Below, in pieces: positions 35,476 to 45,502 of a DNA stretch of 64,000 nt. Made by a program: the position numbers and the translations under genes. This stretch comes from Anaerolineales bacterium (lineage in GTDB: Bacteria > Chloroflexota > Anaerolineae > Anaerolineales > UBA4823). Below the pieces are notes generated by a model. It saw nothing but the letters and a program-made list of their open reading frames with translations, was not told the DNA's origin and made no database searches. Each line of letters begins with the position of its first letter. Position 1 is the stretch's first letter. The stretch covers positions 3,040,796-3,104,795 of the forward strand of contig JAOSJQ010000001.1 in assembly GCA_027494035.1 (NCBI GenBank), written 5' to 3'.

Positions 35476-37554
35476 CTAATGTAGCTCTAGTTCTCGTCTG
35501 AAGGATTCGGGATCGCTGACTGGCTGCCGGCAGAAGAATTTTTCGCAGACATAAGCCGTAATGCGCTGATCGTCCAGTTTTCGGTTGTGGAGAATCTCGG
35601 GCGCGTCCACTTCGGCGAGCGGGAATTGGCTGGCAGCCAAGACCCAGTTGGGGCGGTAGCCGCCCCAGATCAACTCCGTATAGCGGGAGATATCCGCCTG
35701 TTCCGGCGGAAACAATATGGCAATTTCTAGCGATTTCGCCAGGCTGAAGTCGTAGGCGCACAGCCAGTTGGCAAAGGCGGTGGGGTATTTGACTGCGACG
35801 CCGCCCATGGCTGCCAACATCTGCTCCGCCAGTTCACGGTGGGCGCCGCTGCCGGTGAACGCTGAGAATTGCAGGAGCGCCATGGCAGCCAGCGAGTTGC
35901 CGCACGGGGTCGTGTTATCCTGAACATCCTTGGGGCGCAGGAGCGGCGTTTTCTGATCGGCGGCGGTATCGAAGAAACCGCCCGAAGGGTCGGTGTAATC
36001 GGAGACGATCTTGTCGATCAAGCGGCGGACGGTCCGGAACCAGACCGGGTTGTGATCGGTTTGGTAGAGCGCGAGCAGCCCCAGCGCCAACGCGGCGTAA
36101 TCCTCCAAATAGGCGGTGTGCCGGGCAATCCCGTTGCGCCACGACCGGTAGAGCCGCCCATCGACAAAGAGGTTTTGGACGAGGAACGCCGCGTTCTGCT
36201 GCGCCATCCGCAGATAGCCGGCGTCGTTCAAGTAGCGCGCCGCTTCCGCCAGGGTTAGCAGCATGAAGCCGTTCCAGGCGGTGAGCGCCTTGTCGTCCGC
36301 GCCGGGGCGGACGCGCGCCTGCCGTTGATCCAACAGCGTGCGCTGGATGATATCCAAGCCTTGCTGAATTTGTTCGAGACTCAGGCTGAATTTCTCCGAC
36401 AGCTCAAGGTCATTCAGCGCGCGCTGCAACACGATCGCGCCTTCGAAATTTCCGCCGCGCGCAACCCCATAAGCGGTGTTGAAAACGTCCGTCCAACTCG
36501 CCCCGCTCAGCGCTGGGAGCTGCGAGGCGAGGCGTTCGACCTGATCAACCAATGCGGCGTACGTCCACAGGTAGTATTTGCCCTCTTCGCCTTCCGAATC
36601 GGCGTCAAGGCTGGAGTAAAACCCGCCGAGAGGGTTCGTCAGCTCGCGCTGGACAAAGTCGAGCGTGGCGCGACAGACGTGGAGATAGCCCGCATCTCTG
36701 GTGAGGAGATGGGCATAAAGGTAACAGCGCGCCAGGAGCGCGTTATCGTAGAGCATCTTCTCGAAATGGGGTACCAGCCATTGATCGTCGGTGCTGTAGC
36801 GGGCAAATCCGCCCCCGATAAGGTCGTACATTCCGCCGCGCGCCATGGCGTCCAGGGCGTTGACTGCCAGATCCATCCCCAATTTGTCGCCTTGCGCCGC
36901 GCGGCGCAGCAGGAATTCGATGGTCATCGGCTGCGGGAATTTTGGCGCCTGCCCCCAGCCGCCATTTTTCCAGTCATAGCCCTGCGCCAGGCGCAAAACC
37001 GATTGCTCGATCACTTCTTGGCGCAGAGTCTGGTCGCCGCCGGCGCGGGGAGTTTGATCAGCGATGAGGTGCGCGGTGATTGCCTCGCTCGACTTGTTGA
37101 TCTGCTGGCGGTCTTCTTTCCACAGGCGCGCGATGGCTAGAATGACCTCCTGGAAAGACGGAATGTTGTACCGGCGCGCCGGCGGAAAATAGGTGCCGCC
37201 ATAAAAGGGCTGCAGATCCGGGGTGAGAAATACGCTCAACGGCCAGCCGCCCTGCCCCGTGAGCGCGACCACAGCATTCATGTAGATCGAATCCAGGTCG
37301 GGGCGTTCTTCGCGATCCACCTTGATATTGACAAAATTTTCATTCAAAATTTCAGCGATTTCGGGATCTTCGAACGATTCGTGCGCCATCACGTGGCACC
37401 AGTGACAGGCAGCGTAGCCGATGCTCAAGAAAATCGGTTTATCTTCGGCGCGCGCCCTAACGAGGGCTTCTTCGCCCCATGCGTACCAATCCACGGGGTT
37501 GTCGGCATGTTGGAGGAGATAGGGAGAATTTTCCGCAATAAGATGGTTAGGCAT
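35476..37554 (-). CDS. thioredoxin-domain (DUF255) / six-hairpin glycosidase-like protein, YyaL/SSP411 family
   Basis: 692 aa. [13 protein letters not shown]...[21 protein letters not shown]. Confidence 0.88.
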   Translation of the reverse strand: MPNHLIAENSPYLLQHADNPVDWYAWGEEALVRARAEDKPIFLSIGYAACHWCHVMAHESFEDPEIAEILNENFVNIKVDREERPDLDSIYMNAVVALTGQGGWPLSVFLTPDLQPFYGGTYFPPARRYNIPSFQEVILAIARLWKEDRQQINKSSEAITAHLIADQTPRAGGDQTLRQEVIEQSVLRLAQGYDWKNGGWGQAPKFPQPMTIEFLLRRAAQGDKLGMDLAVNALDAMARGGMYDLIGGGFARYSTDDQWLVPHFEKMLYDNALLARCYLYAHLLTRDAGYLHVCRATLDFVQRELTNPLGGFYSSLDADSEGEEGKYYLWTYAALVDQVERLASQLPALSGASWTDVFNTAYGVARGGNFEGAIVLQRALNDLELSEKFSLSLEQIQQGLDIIQRTLLDQRQARVRPGADDKALTAWNGFMLLTLAEAARYLNDAGYLRMAQQNAAFLVQNLFVDGRLYRSWRNGIARHTAYLEDYAALALGLLALYQTDHNPVWFRTVRRLIDKIVSDYTDPSGGFFDTAADQKTPLLRPKDVQDNTTPCGNSLAAMALLQFSAFTGSGAHRELAEQMLAAMGGVAVKYPTAFANWLCAYDFSLAKSLEIAILFPPEQADISRYTELIWGGYRPNWVLAASQFPLAEVDAPEILHNRKLDDQRITAYVCEKFFCRQPVSDPESFRRELELH

Positions 37555-37702
37555 TAGTTACCCCTGAGACTAAACTCGAATCTGACTTAGCGAGGTCGAA
37601 GAAACGAACTGGCGGAGATGCGCGGGTGGATTTTTTTCGCTGCCCTATACAAACAATGTTCGCAGGCAAGGTGGGTTTGCGCCCGCTCAGCGGTTTGGCA
37701 TT

Positions 37703-38476
37703 TTATTCTCCAAACTCGAGCTCGAACGCAAAATCTTCCTGCCAGTCCTCAGCCGGTTCAAAGTAGATCTCCGCGAACAGGTCTGCCTGGCGGGCAAGCA
37801 GCATGTGTCGCTTGACCAGTTCGAGCAGCGCCAGGAATGTCACCACAATTTCGAGCCGCGAGCTGATTTTGGCGGAAAAAAGCTGCGAGAATTCGCCTTT
37901 CTGCTTCGATTGAAGATAGCTGGCGATGCCCAGAATCTTCTCGCGGATGGTGAAGCGGGGCGCGGCAACCACCGAATCGAGCGTGGGTAAGTCCGGCGGG
38001 TTCTCAAAGACCTGCTGGGCGGCTTGAAGCAGCTCCTCGATGGTCAGGTCTTGCAGACCCGGCAGCGCGCTGGCGCGCGAAACTGGCGCAATCCTTGGGA
38101 ACGTCCGCTGATTGCCCAACTGCACGCCCAGTTGCTCAGCCACAATTTTGAATTTTCTGTACAGGATGAGTTGACGCCACAGCGCTTCGCCGGGGTCGAC
38201 CTCTCCGGGTTCGCGCACGGGTGGGCGGGGCAGGAGCGCCTCCGATTTGATCTGCACCAACTTCGCGGCAATAATCAGAAACGATGATACATCTGCGGCG
38301 GTGTTCTGCGGCAGGGCATGCAGGTGGGTCAGGAACTGATCCGTGACCTGGGCGAGGGCGAGGGCGGTGATGTCCAGTTCGGCTTTTTCGATCAACTGCA
38401 ATAGGAGATCGAGCGGTCCTTCAAACACCGGGGTGACCACCGTATAGGGCTTAGCTATCTGTGTATCCTGGAGCAT
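37703..38476 (-). CDS. scpA: segregation and condensation protein A
   Basis: 257 aa. FEGPLDLLLQLIEKAELDITALALAQVTDQFL, a typical kleisin ScpA N-terminus. Confidence 0.85.
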   Translation of the reverse strand: MLQDTQIAKPYTVVTPVFEGPLDLLLQLIEKAELDITALALAQVTDQFLTHLHALPQNTAADVSSFLIIAAKLVQIKSEALLPRPPVREPGEVDPGEALWRQLILYRKFKIVAEQLGVQLGNQRTFPRIAPVSRASALPGLQDLTIEELLQAAQQVFENPPDLPTLDSVVAAPRFTIREKILGIASYLQSKQKGEFSQLFSAKISSRLEIVVTFLALLELVKRHMLLARQADLFAEIYFEPAEDWQEDFAFELEFGE

Positions 38477-38513
38477 CCCAGCGATTATACCTGATAAATA
38501 TTCAGCCTTTATG

Positions 38514-39843
38514 TGATCGTTCCAAGGCTGGTAAAAGCGTGGTTAAATGGATGTGAGGCAGTTAGCCGACCGCCCCACATCCTACGAACAGAAAGGCACA
38601 CCTACATGCGCCTCAACCTGATTTTACCAAAAGTTGAACCAAACGAATTTGAAACTCCTAAAAAATGCCATCGAAAAGGTTGTAAGGGGATGCGGTTTAT
38701 TCCGCGGCAGGAAGTGAGCAAGAAAATCGTGGACGCTCAGCACCCAGAAGTAACGGCTTGGAGGTATGAATGCGTAAAGTGTGGCTATGTTTTCCGCGTC
38801 TATCCGAAAGGCGTTAGTGAGAAGCAAATTTCGAAGCGTGTGAACGGGATGGCCGTGATGTTGTACATTCTGGAGCTCAGTTACGGGGCAGTGGAAATTG
38901 TATTGAACAGTCTAGGAATGGGGATTGGAAAAACGAGCGTGTATCGAGCCGTGCAGGCAGTGGTCAAACAAGTGCCTGGGATGCAGCGGGAAAAGCTGCT
39001 GGGTGGATACAAAACCAAAGCGGTTGGAGCCGATGTAACCAGCGTGCGGTGTAACGGGAAGTGGGTAACGGTGGGAATTGCCGTCGATGCGATCAACGGG
39101 ATGGTGTTGAGTATCGATGAATTAGCGGGCGAAGATGCCGAACAACTGAAAGCCTGGCTTGAGCCCATCCTGGATGCGGTAGATGCGGATGTGGTGGTCA
39201 GTGATGATGCGGACGCACTGAAGAAGGTGAGCGATGAGACCGGACGTTCGCAGCAGGTGTGCAAGAGCCACGTAGGTCGCAATACCGATGCGCTGGTAGA
39301 AGAACTTTCGGCGCTCATTGGTGCTGGACAGGATCATTCTCTGGATGCGATTGGCATTCTTCCCGAACAAGCCTTGGAGGATCTCGCGGCACTCAAAGAG
39401 ATGATCCATTCCCGGCGCCCCGAAGACCAGTCCCGCCTGGAAGAAATCTATCTGCGCTATGCCGACGCTCGCAAACCAGGCAAGGGTAAGAAATATGACG
39501 TGGCTTATCGGATGCGTAATCTGTTGGTGGATCGCTGGAATCTCTGGCCGCGCCTGACTTTCTATCGTCACTGGAAGGATGAATATGGAAACGTGATTTT
39601 GGATGGTACCAACAACGCTTGTGAACGCGCCATTGGCTGGTGGATCAAAGAGCGCTACCGCTCGATGCGCGGTTACAAGCAGGAGCGCTCTGCGCTAGGC
39701 GTTAGTCGCCTGATCGCCTTGGCCGGAATCACCTGGCTCGCGGATTGCGTTTGGCGGACTTGATGGCGTAGCCGAGCAAATCCTCGGCACATCTGCCATC
39801 TATGCTGCCTGCGCCTACTTTATTTACCAAATCTGGAACAGTC
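38514..39843 (+). mobile_element. intact insertion sequence (1330 bp) with imperfect terminal inverted repeats and an 8-bp target-site duplication
   Basis: Left end tgatcgttccaaggctggtaaa versus the reverse complement of the right end tgactgttccagatttggtaaa (16/22 identical). An exact direct repeat cctttatg abuts both ends (38506-13 and 39844-51). The element carries a single transposase ORF. Confidence 0.85.
38606..39763 (+). CDS. DDE-type transposase with an N-terminal zinc ribbon (family unresolved; ISL3/ISH6-like features)
   Basis: Track ORF 38513..39763 trimmed to ATG 38606 (MRLNLILPK). C..C..(n)..C..C ribbon (CHRKGC...CVKCG). Candidate acidic triad around GADVTSV, VVSDDADAL and TNNACERAIGWWIKERYRSMRGYK. 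Confidence 0.75.
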   Translation: MRLNLILPKVEPNEFETPKKCHRKGCKGMRFIPRQEVSKKIVDAQHPEVTAWRYECVKCGYVFRVYPKGVSEKQISKRVNGMAVMLYILELSYGAVEIVLNSLGMGIGKTSVYRAVQAVVKQVPGMQREKLLGGYKTKAVGADVTSVRCNGKWVTVGIAVDAINGMVLSIDELAGEDAEQLKAWLEPILDAVDADVVVSDDADALKKVSDETGRSQQVCKSHVGRNTDALVEELSALIGAGQDHSLDAIGILPEQALEDLAALKEMIHSRRPEDQSRLEEIYLRYADARKPGKGKKYDVAYRMRNLLVDRWNLWPRLTFYRHWKDEYGNVILDGTNNACERAIGWWIKERYRSMRGYKQERSALGVSRLIALAGITWLADCVWRT

Positions 39844-39949
39844 ACCTTTATGCTATTATAGATCTGTTGAATCCAATATTCAGCCCAATGTAACAAATCG
39901 AGGACTTAACGCATCTAACTCTTAGTTGAGATTATTCAGGAGGTAGTGC

Positions 39950-40312
39950 ATGATTTCGGAACCCATCCACGTGACCGACGCGGCGTTTGAGAAGACGGTG
40001 CTTCAGTCGAAAATCCCAGCCATTGTTGACTTCTGGGCGCCCTGGTGCGGTCCTTGCCGTATGGTTGCGCCGGTTTTGGATAAACTGGCAAGCGAGTACG
40101 CTGGAAAATTATTGGTCACCAAAGTAAATACCGATGAAAACCCCGAATGGGCAATGAAATATGGCGTGCAAGGCATCCCGACGATGCTGTTTGTCGCCAA
40201 CGGTAAGATAGTGCATCAAACGGTCGGGGCGCTGCCCGAGCCTATGCTGCGCGACGTGGTCGTCCAATTTCTGGAAGTGGCTGCGCAGAATCAAACCGCA
40301 GACGCCGCCTGA
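39950..40312 (+). CDS. trxA: thioredoxin
   Basis: 120 aa. WAPWCGPC active site. AGGAGG lies upstream. Confidence 0.93.
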   Translation: MISEPIHVTDAAFEKTVLQSKIPAIVDFWAPWCGPCRMVAPVLDKLASEYAGKLLVTKVNTDENPEWAMKYGVQGIPTMLFVANGKIVHQTVGALPEPMLRDVVVQFLEVAAQNQTADAA

Positions 40313-40331
40313 TCGATCGTGAAAACCCGTT

Positions 40332-40361
40332 AAAAAAGGGCAGCCCGTGCTGCCCTTTTTT
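40332..40361. terminator. bidirectional intrinsic terminator between convergent trxA and murA
   Basis: AAAAAA-GGGCAGC-ccgt-GCTGCCC-TTTTTT (stem 40338-44 / 40349-55). Confidence 0.85.
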
Positions 40362-40386
40362 GCGTTAATCGAACCATCTAAACCGA

Positions 40387-41676
40387 CTATTCTTTGAGGC
40401 GTTCGATTTCAGCCCCCAGATTGCGCAATTTCAGATCGACCTGCTCGTATCCCCGGTCGATCTGACCGATGTTGCGGATGGTCGATTTACCTTTAGCCGC
40501 CAGGGCAGCCAGTAATAGCGCCATGCCCGCGCGGATATCCGGGCTCTCCATCTGTTCGCCAAACAACGTCGTGGGACCCTGGACAATGCAGCGATGCGGA
40601 TCGCACAGCACGATGTGCGCGCCCATGCCGACCAACTTGTCGATGAAGAACATGCGGCTGGGGTACATCCAGTCGTGAAACAGGATGCTGCCTTTGGATT
40701 GCGTGGCGACCACGATCGCAATGCTCATCAAATCGGTGGGGAAGGCGGGCCAGGTCATCACCTTGATTTCAGGGATTGCATTGCCCAGGTCTGGCTCGAT
40801 CTCCAATTCCTGGTCGCCGGGGATGAAGATGTCGTCCTGCTCGACTTCCCAACGGACCCCCAGCCGCGCGAAAACCATGCGGATCATATCCAGGTATTCC
40901 ACGCCGGCTTTGCGAATGTGGATGCTGCCGTGGGTCACGGCGGCCGCGCCGATGAAGCTGACGACCTCGAGATAATCCGGACCGATTTCGTGCTCGCCTC
41001 CGTGCAGCTTAGCGACGCCTTCGATAAGCAGCGTGTTCGAGCCAATATTCGCAATCTTAGCGCCCAGCTTGTTGAGGAAGTGACACAACTCCTGCACATG
41101 CGGTTCAGATGCGGCGTTTCGCAATACGGTGGTCCCTTTTGCCATCACCGCCGCCATGATTGCGTTCTCGGTGGCGGTTACGCTGGCTTCGTCGAGCAGA
41201 ATGTCCCTCCCGGAAAGGCTGGGCGCGCTGAATTCAAAAACCTGTTCGGCGCGGTCGTATTCGATTTGCGCTCCGAGGGTTTTCAGCGCCAGGATATGGG
41301 TGTCCAAGCGTCGCCGCCCGATCACGTCGCCGCCCGGCGGTGGAATTTTAAGCATCCCGGTGCGGGCGATCATTGGACCGGCGAGCAAAATCGAGGCGCG
41401 GATGCGCCGGCATTTCTCCGGGTCGAGGTTTGCCGAATGAACATCTGCGGCGTGGAAACGCCAGGAATTCGACCTCAGCGGCTCGATTTTCACCCCCAGA
41501 TTGGCGAGCAAATCCATCATGTCGGAAACATCGCGAATGGTCGGCACATTATGGAGGGTGACCGGTTCGTCGGTCAGCAACGTGGCAGCCAGCAATGGCA
41601 GAGTCGCGTTCTTATTGCCCGATGGCGTGACCTCGCCGGAGAGAGGTTTGCATCCCCTGATGATAAACTTTTCCAT
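40387..41676 (-). CDS. murA: UDP-N-acetylglucosamine 1-carboxyvinyltransferase
   Basis: 429 aa. The N-terminus FIIRGCKPLSGEVTPSGNKNATLPLLAATLL is typical of MurA. Confidence 0.93.
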   Translation of the reverse strand: MEKFIIRGCKPLSGEVTPSGNKNATLPLLAATLLTDEPVTLHNVPTIRDVSDMMDLLANLGVKIEPLRSNSWRFHAADVHSANLDPEKCRRIRASILLAGPMIARTGMLKIPPPGGDVIGRRRLDTHILALKTLGAQIEYDRAEQVFEFSAPSLSGRDILLDEASVTATENAIMAAVMAKGTTVLRNAASEPHVQELCHFLNKLGAKIANIGSNTLLIEGVAKLHGGEHEIGPDYLEVVSFIGAAAVTHGSIHIRKAGVEYLDMIRMVFARLGVRWEVEQDDIFIPGDQELEIEPDLGNAIPEIKVMTWPAFPTDLMSIAIVVATQSKGSILFHDWMYPSRMFFIDKLVGMGAHIVLCDPHRCIVQGPTTLFGEQMESPDIRAGMALLLAALAAKGKSTIRNIGQIDRGYEQVDLKLRNLGAEIERLKE

Positions 41677-41802
41677 ATACTAGGCATCTCCTGGATAATT
41701 TAGATTTCGGTGGTGAAGCGTCCAGTTCGTTGCTATAATACCGTAAATTAACCGAATGGCAAGGATTTCAGTTCACACATCACCCCATCACTGAGCAAAG
41801 GT

Positions 41803-42582
41803 ATGATCCCACTCGATCTTGTCGGTAAGCTAATCATCGGCTTCGTCATTGGATGGCTGTTTGGCGTCTTAATAAACTACCTCGCCGATGAGCTGCCGGT
41901 TCGCCGCCGCCTGGGCAGACCCCAATGCGCGGGCTGCCAGACCCCGTTTGCCCTGGTCAATTACTTCATTTTGCCCCGCAAATGCGAGACTTGCGGGTCC
42001 GTCCGGGGTAAGCGCACCTGGATGGTTGAACTCGGGATGGGCATTGGCGCCAGCTTATTGGTGGAGTTCACCCCGCGGGGGTTTGGGTGGTTTGGCGCCC
42101 TGATGTTGTTAGGCTACCTGGTCCTGGTAACCGTAATCGATATCGAGCATCGCTTGATCCTACACATGGTCAGCCTGGCGGGGGGCGTGATCGCGCTCAT
42201 CCTGGGAATTCAGCTCCACGGCGTCGTCCCGACCCTGGCAGGCGGAGCAATCGGTTTTGGAGCGATGCTGCTTTTTTATTATTTGGGGATTCTCTTTATA
42301 TGGTTGTCCAGGCGCAGCCGAGACGAAGAGACGACTGAAGAAGAGGCGATCGGATTTGGAGATGTGATTTTGAGCGGCGTGATTGGCTTGCTGCTAGGCT
42401 GGCCCGGCATCACGCTGGGCTTGCTGCTGGCAATCTTGGTCGCCGGGGTGGTCAGCCTGGCGGTGGTCATTATCAACGTTATCCAGAAGAAATATCATCC
42501 GGATCTCGCTATCCCTTACGGACCTTTTCTGACGATCAGCGCGTTTTTGCTGATTTACATCCGCCCATTCTTTCTCAGATAA
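41803..42582 (+). CDS. pilD: prepilin (type IV leader) peptidase, A24 family
   Basis: 259 aa polytopic protein. CAGC...CETCG zinc ribbon loop and the GFGDVILSG aspartyl motif. Confidence 0.8.
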   Translation: MIPLDLVGKLIIGFVIGWLFGVLINYLADELPVRRRLGRPQCAGCQTPFALVNYFILPRKCETCGSVRGKRTWMVELGMGIGASLLVEFTPRGFGWFGALMLLGYLVLVTVIDIEHRLILHMVSLAGGVIALILGIQLHGVVPTLAGGAIGFGAMLLFYYLGILFIWLSRRSRDEETTEEEAIGFGDVILSGVIGLLLGWPGITLGLLLAILVAGVVSLAVVIINVIQKKYHPDLAIPYGPFLTISAFLLIYIRPFFLR

Positions 42583-42624
42583 AAAAGAGAGCTGCCTGGT
42601 TTGGGCGTTCGTCCAGACAGCTCC
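42581..42624 (-). terminator. intrinsic terminator after secF
   Basis: 11-bp stem (one mismatch) gagctgcctgg (42589-99) / ccagacagctc (42613-23). On the minus strand it is followed by TCTTTTTT. Confidence 0.65.
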
Positions 42625-42648
42625 CGATGTTACGTTAAATCGACGAGA

Positions 42649-43584
42649 TTATGCGCTGGCAGAGCTTTGGCGCGGCTTGAACCAGTTCCGCCATTCGCGC
42701 CCTTCCCAAACGACCAGGATCGGCGCGGCGATGAAGATGGAAGAATACGTACCACTGAGCAGCCCGACCAGCAGGATCGTGGCAAATTCGCGCAGGGTCA
42801 CGCCGCCAAACAGGGCAAGCGCCAGGAGCATGAACTCGACCGTCATCAACTGGGTGTTGATGGATCGCTGCAACGTCTGAACAATCGAGTGATTTACCAG
42901 GGTTTCAAATGGCAGCCGCCGGAGGATGCCGGTGTTTTCGCGAATCCGATCGAATACCACCACTTTGTCTTGAACGGAAAACCCGATCACGGTCAGCACT
43001 GCCGTCAGGAACAGGGCATCGATCTGCCAACCCCACAACACGCTGCCGATCGCGGTCAAGCTAAAGACAATTGCAACGTCGTGAACCATCGCAATGATGG
43101 CGCAAATCCCAAATCTCAAGGCATGGGGCACGCCGCGGAACGCAAACGTCATGTATACGGTGACAATGAACGCCGCCACCGCCACCGCCTGGGCGGCGCG
43201 CTGGGTGACTTCGCGCCCAATCGTGGGCCCGACGTTTTCAAAGCGCAGGACCGTCACCTCGGTATTGAATTCTTCTCCCAGTTTTTGGACGATGCTGCCG
43301 CGAATGTCCTCGCTTAGAATTGACGAGCGGATGACATAGGAATCGTTGCTGGTGGTCTGCACTTTCACGTCTTCGACGTCCAGACCGTTGAAAAACAAAA
43401 TCAGGTCGGTTTCGGAGGGCTCGTTGCCGGTGAAACGGATTTCAAGCAGGCTGCCTCCGGTGAAATCAATCGATACAGGAAGCCGCCCGCTCGAGATCAT
43501 ATATCCGAGCAATGCCAACCCGGGTACGATGATCAGCAGCGACAAGGCAAAAAAGTAATAACGCTTACCGATGATGTCGATCAT
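42649..43584 (-). CDS. secF: protein translocase subunit SecF
   Basis: 311 aa. GIDFTGGS motif and six TM segments. Follows secD. Confidence 0.92.
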   Translation of the reverse strand: MIDIIGKRYYFFALSLLIIVPGLALLGYMISSGRLPVSIDFTGGSLLEIRFTGNEPSETDLILFFNGLDVEDVKVQTTSNDSYVIRSSILSEDIRGSIVQKLGEEFNTEVTVLRFENVGPTIGREVTQRAAQAVAVAAFIVTVYMTFAFRGVPHALRFGICAIIAMVHDVAIVFSLTAIGSVLWGWQIDALFLTAVLTVIGFSVQDKVVVFDRIRENTGILRRLPFETLVNHSIVQTLQRSINTQLMTVEFMLLALALFGGVTLREFATILLVGLLSGTYSSIFIAAPILVVWEGREWRNWFKPRQSSASA

Positions 43585-43597
43585 ATCGGCGTCCCTT

Positions 43598-44995
43598 CTA
43601 GATCCCGAACCATTTCGGGAAATCTTTAGATTTGAAATTAGCCACCACGAGATCCATCAAAACCCGGGTGACGACGATGGCGCTAAAAAGGCTGACGATC
43701 ACACCGAGGAACAGCGTTATCGAAAAACCTTTCACAACCGTGGCGCCGTAGGTGCTCCCAAACCAGAAGAGGATGGTGCAGGTGATCAGGGTGGCGATGT
43801 TTGAGTCGCGGATGGAGGGCCAGGCGCGCGACCAACCCAGTTCAACTGATTGGCGCAGGGTTTTTCCGTTACGGAGCTCTTCTTTCATGCGTTCGAAAAT
43901 CAGGATGTTTGCATCCAAGGCGCTTCCGGTGCTCAACAGGAACCCGGCAATGCCCGGCAGCGTCAGCGTTACGGGAATAAACCGGAAAATTGCAAATGTG
44001 ATCATTGCGAAAATGATGATTGCAATGTTTGCCATCAACCCGGGCAGGCGGTAGTAAAGCAGCATGAAGAGGATCACAATTGTGAAACCGATTGCGCCGG
44101 CGCGCAAACTCTTCTGCAAGGATTCCATGCCCAGGGTCGGACCGATGGTGCGCACTTCGATAACTTTCAAGGGGATGGGGAGCGAGCCATAACGCAATTG
44201 CACCGCCAGATTATTCGCTTCTTCGTATGAGAAGTTTCCATTGATGACGCCCTGACCATCCGGAATAGGCGAATTGATTGAAGGGATCGAGATCACTTCT
44301 TTGTCCACCACAATCGCCAGGATGTCGCCAACGTGTTTCGAGGTGAAAGCGGCAAACACATCTTTCCCTTTTGGCGAAAGTGTGAAGGCAACTTCGTATT
44401 CCCCGGTCGTCGGATTGGTCGTGACGTTTACAGATCGTAAGTCCGCCCCGGTGATGACGGTCGGAAACGTCTGTGAAATCGCGGCAGTTCCGGTAATCGG
44501 CTGGGTAATTTGCTCTGAAGAAAGACCGAAATCGGTGGTGATTCGCGAGCCGACCAACGTCGAGGCTTCTGCCTGGGAAATGCTCGAGAAATCCACCAGT
44601 TCGAGCAACCCAGTTTGCTGAATAGTTTCCAGGGCTTTTTCCGGATCGGTTTCTCCCGGAAGCTCGACCACAATCCGCCGGTCGCCCGCCTTTTGAACCA
44701 CCGCTTCGGTGAGCCCGAGACCGTTGACCCGGTTTTCAACTACTTTGGTGGCTGCATCCAAGGCGCCCGGTTCAATTATCGTCTCGGGCGGCAGGTCCGC
44801 CTCCAATAGAGCCTGGACTCCGCCGACCAGGTCCAGACCCAGGCGGGTCGTGAACTCTCTTTGTATCCCGAACGCGTGGATGCCCGGGCTGTTTGGCAGG
44901 ATAATGTAAATAGCCGAAGCGACGATTACGGCGATCAGGATTAATAAATAGCTATTGCGTTGTGTCATTCCAGGCGCAGCCTCCCATTCAAACAA
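43598..44995 (-). CDS. secD: protein translocase subunit SecD
   Basis: 465 aa. LGLDLVGG, the periplasmic P1 domain and an RND-like C-terminal TM bundle. The start may be the internal Met (MTQRNSY, 44968). Confidence 0.92.
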   Translation of the reverse strand: MFEWEAAPGMTQRNSYLLILIAVIVASAIYIILPNSPGIHAFGIQREFTTRLGLDLVGGVQALLEADLPPETIIEPGALDAATKVVENRVNGLGLTEAVVQKAGDRRIVVELPGETDPEKALETIQQTGLLELVDFSSISQAEASTLVGSRITTDFGLSSEQITQPITGTAAISQTFPTVITGADLRSVNVTTNPTTGEYEVAFTLSPKGKDVFAAFTSKHVGDILAIVVDKEVISIPSINSPIPDGQGVINGNFSYEEANNLAVQLRYGSLPIPLKVIEVRTIGPTLGMESLQKSLRAGAIGFTIVILFMLLYYRLPGLMANIAIIIFAMITFAIFRFIPVTLTLPGIAGFLLSTGSALDANILIFERMKEELRNGKTLRQSVELGWSRAWPSIRDSNIATLITCTILFWFGSTYGATVVKGFSITLFLGVIVSLFSAIVVTRVLMDLVVANFKSKDFPKWFGI

Positions 44996-45057
44996 ATACC
45001 AGCCTCAGGCTGGCAGACCGAAGACGGATTATACTCCCGAAATTCTTTATTGTCCAA

Positions 45058-45426
45058 TTATTTTTGTTGCGCGGAATTGGGAGAAATGTTGGTAACGAAT
45101 TCTAACGCAATTTGCAGCACCTGTTCGGGGGTCAACGGATCGGTGTCGATCGCCAGATCGGCGTGGTCCCTGGCGTGCTGGAGGCGGCGAAGTTGTTCCT
45201 GGTACTCTTGCTCGCTCCAGTTCATCTTCCGCCGGATCAGCGTATTGGGATATGAAACGTGCAGGTAGATCAAACAATCGGGGTTCGAGACGCGCTGCCA
45301 CATCGCCGGCACGTAGGAATGCTCTTGGGCAATATGGCGGACATCGTACCCAAACCGTTTCATTCCATTCGCCAGCGTGGTCTTGCCGGCGGCGCAAGAG
45401 CCGACAACGCCAATCTTGAGGGGCAC
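45058..45426 (-). CDS. small P-loop NTPase/kinase-like protein
   Basis: 122 aa. Walker A VGSCAAGKTT at the N-terminus. I recognise no other motif. Confidence 0.5.
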   Translation of the reverse strand: MPLKIGVVGSCAAGKTTLANGMKRFGYDVRHIAQEHSYVPAMWQRVSNPDCLIYLHVSYPNTLIRRKMNWSEQEYQEQLRRLQHARDHADLAIDTDPLTPEQVLQIALEFVTNISPNSAQQK

Positions 45427-45502
45427 GGGGGTTATCTCGGTTGGATCAATAACCTAGCTTACAGCTTTGGCTTGATAGCTTCAGCCTTACAACCTTGGCT
45501 GC

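Noticed and set aside
40594-41703. A 369-aa plus-strand ORF.
   Set aside because: It lies entirely antisense to murA, whose identity is unambiguous.
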